Below are positions 59,533-64,000 of a stretch of DNA of 64,000 bases, one piece after another. The position numbers and the translations under genes were made by a program. Each line of letters opens with the position of its first letter. Within the stretch, counting starts at the first letter, position 1. This stretch comes from Octopus vulgaris. Taxonomy: Eukaryota. The notes beneath the pieces are model-generated. The model searched no databases. It was not told where the DNA came from and saw nothing but the letters and a program-made list of their open reading frames with translations. Location: assembly GCA_951406725.2 (NCBI GenBank), contig OX597842.1:34224001-34288000 (forward strand), given 5' to 3'.

Positions 59533-59866
59533 GACGTGTTGGCTTAGTGGTTAGGGTGTTCGGCTCTCGATTATGAGGTCGTGAGTTCGATTCCCGGCAG
59601 CGCGCTCTCTCTTTCATCAAGACACTTTATTTCACATTGCTCCAGTCCATTCAGCTGGTAAAAATAAGTAGTACCTGTTATTCACAAGGGGCCAACCTTG
59701 TCACCTTTTTATTTTTTCTCACGCTGAATCTCCCTGAGAACTACGTTAAATTTACGCGTGTCTGTGGAGTACTCAGCCACTTGCATGTTGTTACTTTCAT
59801 GTATAGGCTGCTCCAATGACTGGATCAACTGGAACACTCATCGTCGCTACCGGCGGAGTGCCAGTT
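59533..59866 (+). mobile_element. Chimeric SINE (SINE-D-type head and body, SINE-C tail)
   Basis: CAAGACACTTTATTTCACATTGCTCCA as in SINE-D, then CACGCTGAAT..GAGAACTACGTTAA..GTGTCTGTGGAGTACTCAGCC as in SINE-C. Confidence 0.8.
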
Positions 59867-59950
59867 AAATATGTATGCATATGCGAGTGCATGAGTATTC
59901 CATAGTTTAGGTGATATATATGTATGTATATATATATGTATGTATATATA

Positions 59951-60011
<61 letters not shown>

Positions 60012-60554
60012 GTGTGTATATAGATATATATATATATATGATGTGTATGCTGAGATTCTTGATCTTGACGATATGTCCAAGATCGGAGACTTTCTCTAAG
60101 TGTTTCCACTTCATAAAATACTGACTCGTTGGTACAATTATCATTCAAGCTAATCCTCTTTATTCTTCAGCAGCACCTTGATTCAAATGCTTTGAGTTTA
60201 ACACTGTTGACTTGCTCTAAGGGTCCGGCTTCTTCAACTGTACATGGCAACAGGCCAAACTAGCGTTTTTAGGTGCTTGGAACAGATATTGATACAAAGC
60301 GCTGCTTTTCCAGCGGCACACCCATACTTTGACCCAGTGATATATCCAGGATGTGACAGCTGAAGGGTTTTATTACTAGCTACGCAGACTGGAGGAACGA
60401 GATTTTAGATGCTTGGCTTAAGGATACGACATGTCCCGAGCTTCAAGAATCGAAGCCACGACTTTATGGCCGTAAACGTGACACCTTGTCAACTAGGCAG
60501 CGGGCCTTTACACGAAACGCCGGGTACATGTTTGTGTGTGAATATGTGTGTGTA

Positions 60555-60720
60555 GGTGCAGTCGTGAGTGTGTAGTAAGAAGCTTGCTTCCCAATCACAA
60601 GGTTCCAGGTTCAGTCCCACTGTGTAGCACCTTGGGCAAGTGTCTTCTACTATAGCCTCGGGCTGACCAAAGCCTTGAGAGTGGATTTGGTAGACGGAAA
60701 CTAAAAGAAGCCCATCGTAT
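60555..60720 (+). mobile_element. SINE-A 5' half
   Basis: Similarity to the full copies. Confidence 0.88.
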
Positions 60721-60737
60721 ATATGTATGTGTATATA

Positions 60738-60817
<80 letters not shown>

Positions 60818-60849
60818 CAGGCAGACAGTCAGACAGACAGACTGGGAGA

Positions 60850-60857
60850 GAGGAGAG

Positions 60858-60896
<39 letters not shown>

Positions 60897-61054
60897 AGGA
60901 AGGAAGAAAGGAAGAAAGAGAGAGGGAAAGAAAGAAAGAAAGAAAGAAAAAATAAAGAAAGGAAGGAAGAAAAAAGGAAGAAAGAAAGGAAGGAAGAAAA
61001 AAGGAAGAAAGAAAGGAAGGAAGAAAGGAAGAAAGAAAGAGAGAGAGAGGGAAG

Positions 61055-61091
<37 letters not shown>

Positions 61092-61106
61092 GAAGAAAGG
61101 AAGAAA

Positions 61107-61168
<62 letters not shown>

Positions 61169-61233
61169 GAAAGAAAGAAAGAAAGAAAGAGAGAAAGAAA
61201 GAAAGAAAGAAAGAAAGAAAGGAAGATAGGAGA

Positions 61234-61286
<53 letters not shown>

Positions 61287-61291
61287 CACGA

Positions 61292-61339
<48 letters not shown>

Positions 61340-61412
61340 GAGAAAGCACGAAAGAAAGAAAGAAAGAAAGAAAGAAGGAAAGAAAGACAGAAAGAAAGAG
61401 AGAGAGAGAGAG
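60850..61412. repeat. (GAAA)n polypurine tract
   Basis: Direct inspection. Confidence 0.97.
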
Positions 61413-61429
61413 ACCTCCACCGCCACCGC

Positions 61430-61600
61430 CTTCATAATTTATAAACAACCAAGACTCGGAGAATGTTTTGCTATTGTGAGAACCGTGAAAATAAAAAAAA
61501 CATCTAGTGGGCGTGGCCTCGTCACTAATATCCCTACGTCACACGCAATACGATGTAGCTATTGGTCAATCTCGTATTCGCTTACTCTTATTATTTTCTA
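61430..61600. promoter_or_regulatory. Candidate promoter-like island
   Basis: GGGCGTGGC 61509-61517, CGTCA 61520-61524, ACGTCA 61536-61541 and ATTGG 61561-61565 lie within 60 bp of unique sequence. Confidence 0.35.
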
Positions 61601-61794
61601 CCTCCCACTCCCTCTCTTTCTTTCTCTCGTAACACTTCTGTCCCGCCTCCTTCGCTATTCTCTTTGTCTCTCTCCCTCCCTTCTTTCTCTCTCCCTTTCT
61701 CTATCTCTTTCCCTATTTCTCTCTCTCTCTCTTTCTCTCTCTTTTTCATTCTTTAATATTTCATTCTTCCTTTCTTCCTATTTCTGCTTGTATT

Positions 61795-61944
<150 letters not shown>

Positions 61945-61946
61945 TA

Positions 61947-62025
<79 letters not shown>

Positions 62026-62030
62026 GTCCA

Positions 62031-62061
<31 letters not shown>

Positions 62062-62064
62062 CAA

Positions 62065-62386
62065 TCTAAAAAAATGTAACATGTAACTTCATTGACCGAG
62101 GTTACCGTGGTCTTTTCCGTAGGCTTTTCTTTCCGCGGGTAAACCTCACCTGTCTTCCCCTTTACACTTTATATTGACATTTCTGTGATAACGATCCCTA
62201 TTGATCGATTTTTCTTTTTCCTTTTATTTTATTTCTCCCCCCCCCCCTTTTTGCTTTCCTCTTTCTTTCCTTTTACGATCCATTTTGATCGAAAACCAAC
62301 CACACTTTTTTTATCCTTAAAAGAAAAGCTCTACCTTGTAATTTGTCCCTTCTGTGTGCAGCCCTGTGTGACTAATAAAGAAACAT
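62065..62386 (+). mobile_element. LINE 3' UTR (family of 46918-47395) inside (TATC)n
   Basis: Shares GGTTACCGTGGTCTTTT..CGATCCCTATTGATCG..AAAGCTCTACCTTGTAA..AATAAAGAAACATATC. Confidence 0.75.
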
Positions 62387-63051
62387 ATCTATCTATCTAT
62401 CTATCTATTTTCTATCTATCTATCTTTCTATCTATCTATCTATCTATTTGTATCTATCTATCTGTCCTTCTATCTATCTATCTATCTATCTATTTTCTAT
62501 CTATCTATCTATCTATTTGTATCTATCTATTTGTATCTATCGATCGATCTATCTATCCTTCTATCTGTCTATCTATCTATCGATCTATCTATCTATCCTT
62601 CTATCTGTCTATCTATCTATCGATCGATCTATCTATCCTTCTATCTGTCTATCTATCTATCTATCGATCGATCAATCTATCTGTTTATTTATCTATATAT
62701 TTAATTTAGCTATCGATCTGTCTATCTGTCAATTAATATATGCAGTTTCCCATCGATCTTTATATATCAAACTTTCCAATCGATCTATTAATTAATTTCT
62801 CTATTCAAACACCTCCAAACTTTCGATAGTTGAACATAAACGTTTCACGTTAAATAATCCGACATTCTACGTTCTGCGTTCAAATCCTACCGGGATCTAT
62901 TTAGCCTTCCATGCATTTTTGTGGTTTATTCACACCAAAAAAAAATGCGACCATTATGGGACAGTGGATTAGCAGAAATAACGGTGTCTCTTTCAGCTCT
63001 GTACATTCCGAGTTCGAGTCCGACTCCAGCTACCAAAGAAATGGTAATATT

Positions 63052-63210
63052 TCTCGTCCAGGAAGATCTGTAGAGCTTGATGAGGGCATCCTGCAAACCC
63101 TGGTGGAACAAAATCCTATCGTAACTGTTGAGGCACTAACAGGCAAGCTTGGATTTGGTCATTCAACCATTCATCGATACCTGCGTGCCATTGGAAAAGT
63201 CAGCAAATTA
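63052..63210 (+). mobile_element. mariner transposase fragment (second HTH region)
   Basis: RPGRSVELDEGILQTLVEQNP..LGFGHSTIHRYLRAIGKVSKL. Confidence 0.8.
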
Positions 63211-63413
63211 CCGTATTTGACGGCATATAGGACGCACTTTTTCCCAAAAAATTTGGCTCAAAAAATCGCCCTGCGTCTAATATGCGAAACCAAGACCCAC
63301 CCGTAGGCTAATCTTCTCCCAGACGCTCACTAACCTAGCTTACGATAAGTATTTCTACCTACGCTAACGCCTTAATGATATTTTCCGTACTCATGCATCA
63401 TTATTTTATTGCT

Positions 63414-63489
<76 letters not shown>

Positions 63490-64000
63490 GTATTATTACT
63501 TTAAAATACGAATTATCGTAAAAATCAAAGCAATCTACCGTAAATTGTTAGGCTGCGATCCATGACACACGTTTACTAATATCAGCTGATCGGAACCCTA
63601 ACTCGATGCCATCTGACGGTGAGGAGTAAAACTACGGAATGCACATGATCGTTGCGAGTTCGTGTATATACGGAGGTAGGTTGGATATCTTGGTACAACA
63701 AAGTTTATGATCATAACAAAACACACTACAACAGTACAAGCACCCTCACGGCTATGGCAGCAAAAAGATGAAGCTACAAAATCTCCTACAAACTACGAGT
63801 GGTAGATTATGCCAAGGAGCATGGAAATAGAGCAGCAGCAAGGGTTTTTGGGCCACCACCTACAGAAAAAATGATACGTGTCTGGCGACAGCAAGAAGAG
63901 CAGCTGATGAGAGCACAGAAAGGTAAACATAACCTTCGTTGCCCAGCCCCACATTGGCTAGAACTTGAGGATGATATAAAAACGTGGGTGCTTGATGAGA
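63211..64000 (+). mobile_element. pogo-family DNA transposon, left part (Brinker-type DBD/CENP-B HTH), pseudogenised
   Basis: TA-CCGTATTT..TATAGGACGCAC terminus. ATG at 63754: MAAKR*SYKISYKLRVVDYAKEHGNRAAARVF..IRVWR..WLELEDDIKTWV, with TGA at 63769. Runs off the window. Confidence 0.85.

Overview
This is eukaryotic, extremely repeat-dense DNA with no recognisable host protein-coding exon. The SINE repertoire and microsatellite load suggest an octopus/coleoid cephalopod genome (inference from remembered repeat families, not a search). Almost all ORFs in the supplied track are translations of microsatellites ((TA)n, (TATG)n, (TATC)n, (AAT)n, (CCA/CAA)n, (GGT)n, (GAAA)n) or of SINEs. The window holds about 25 full or partial copies of one tRNA-derived SINE with an internal microsatellite (SINE-A), three other tRNA-SINE families, and decayed fragments of CR1-group, Dong/R4-like, L1/Tx1-like and RTE-like LINEs. 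It also has Tc1 (DD34E), maT (DD37D), mariner and pogo transposase relics and Tigger-like MITEs. The most notable signal is a dispersed set of short ORF-less elements carrying type-I hammerhead ribozyme motifs of the Penelope/retrozyme style: two have intact cores, several are variant or degenerate, and three sit in inverted-repeat structures. Two apparent SINE-LINE 3'-tail partnerships and a LINE end found twice inside (TATC)n are also visible. Short unique, CpG-richer islands with YY1, ETS, KLF and CCAAT motifs suggest intronic or regulatory DNA. Element boundaries are approximate (about +/-10 bp).
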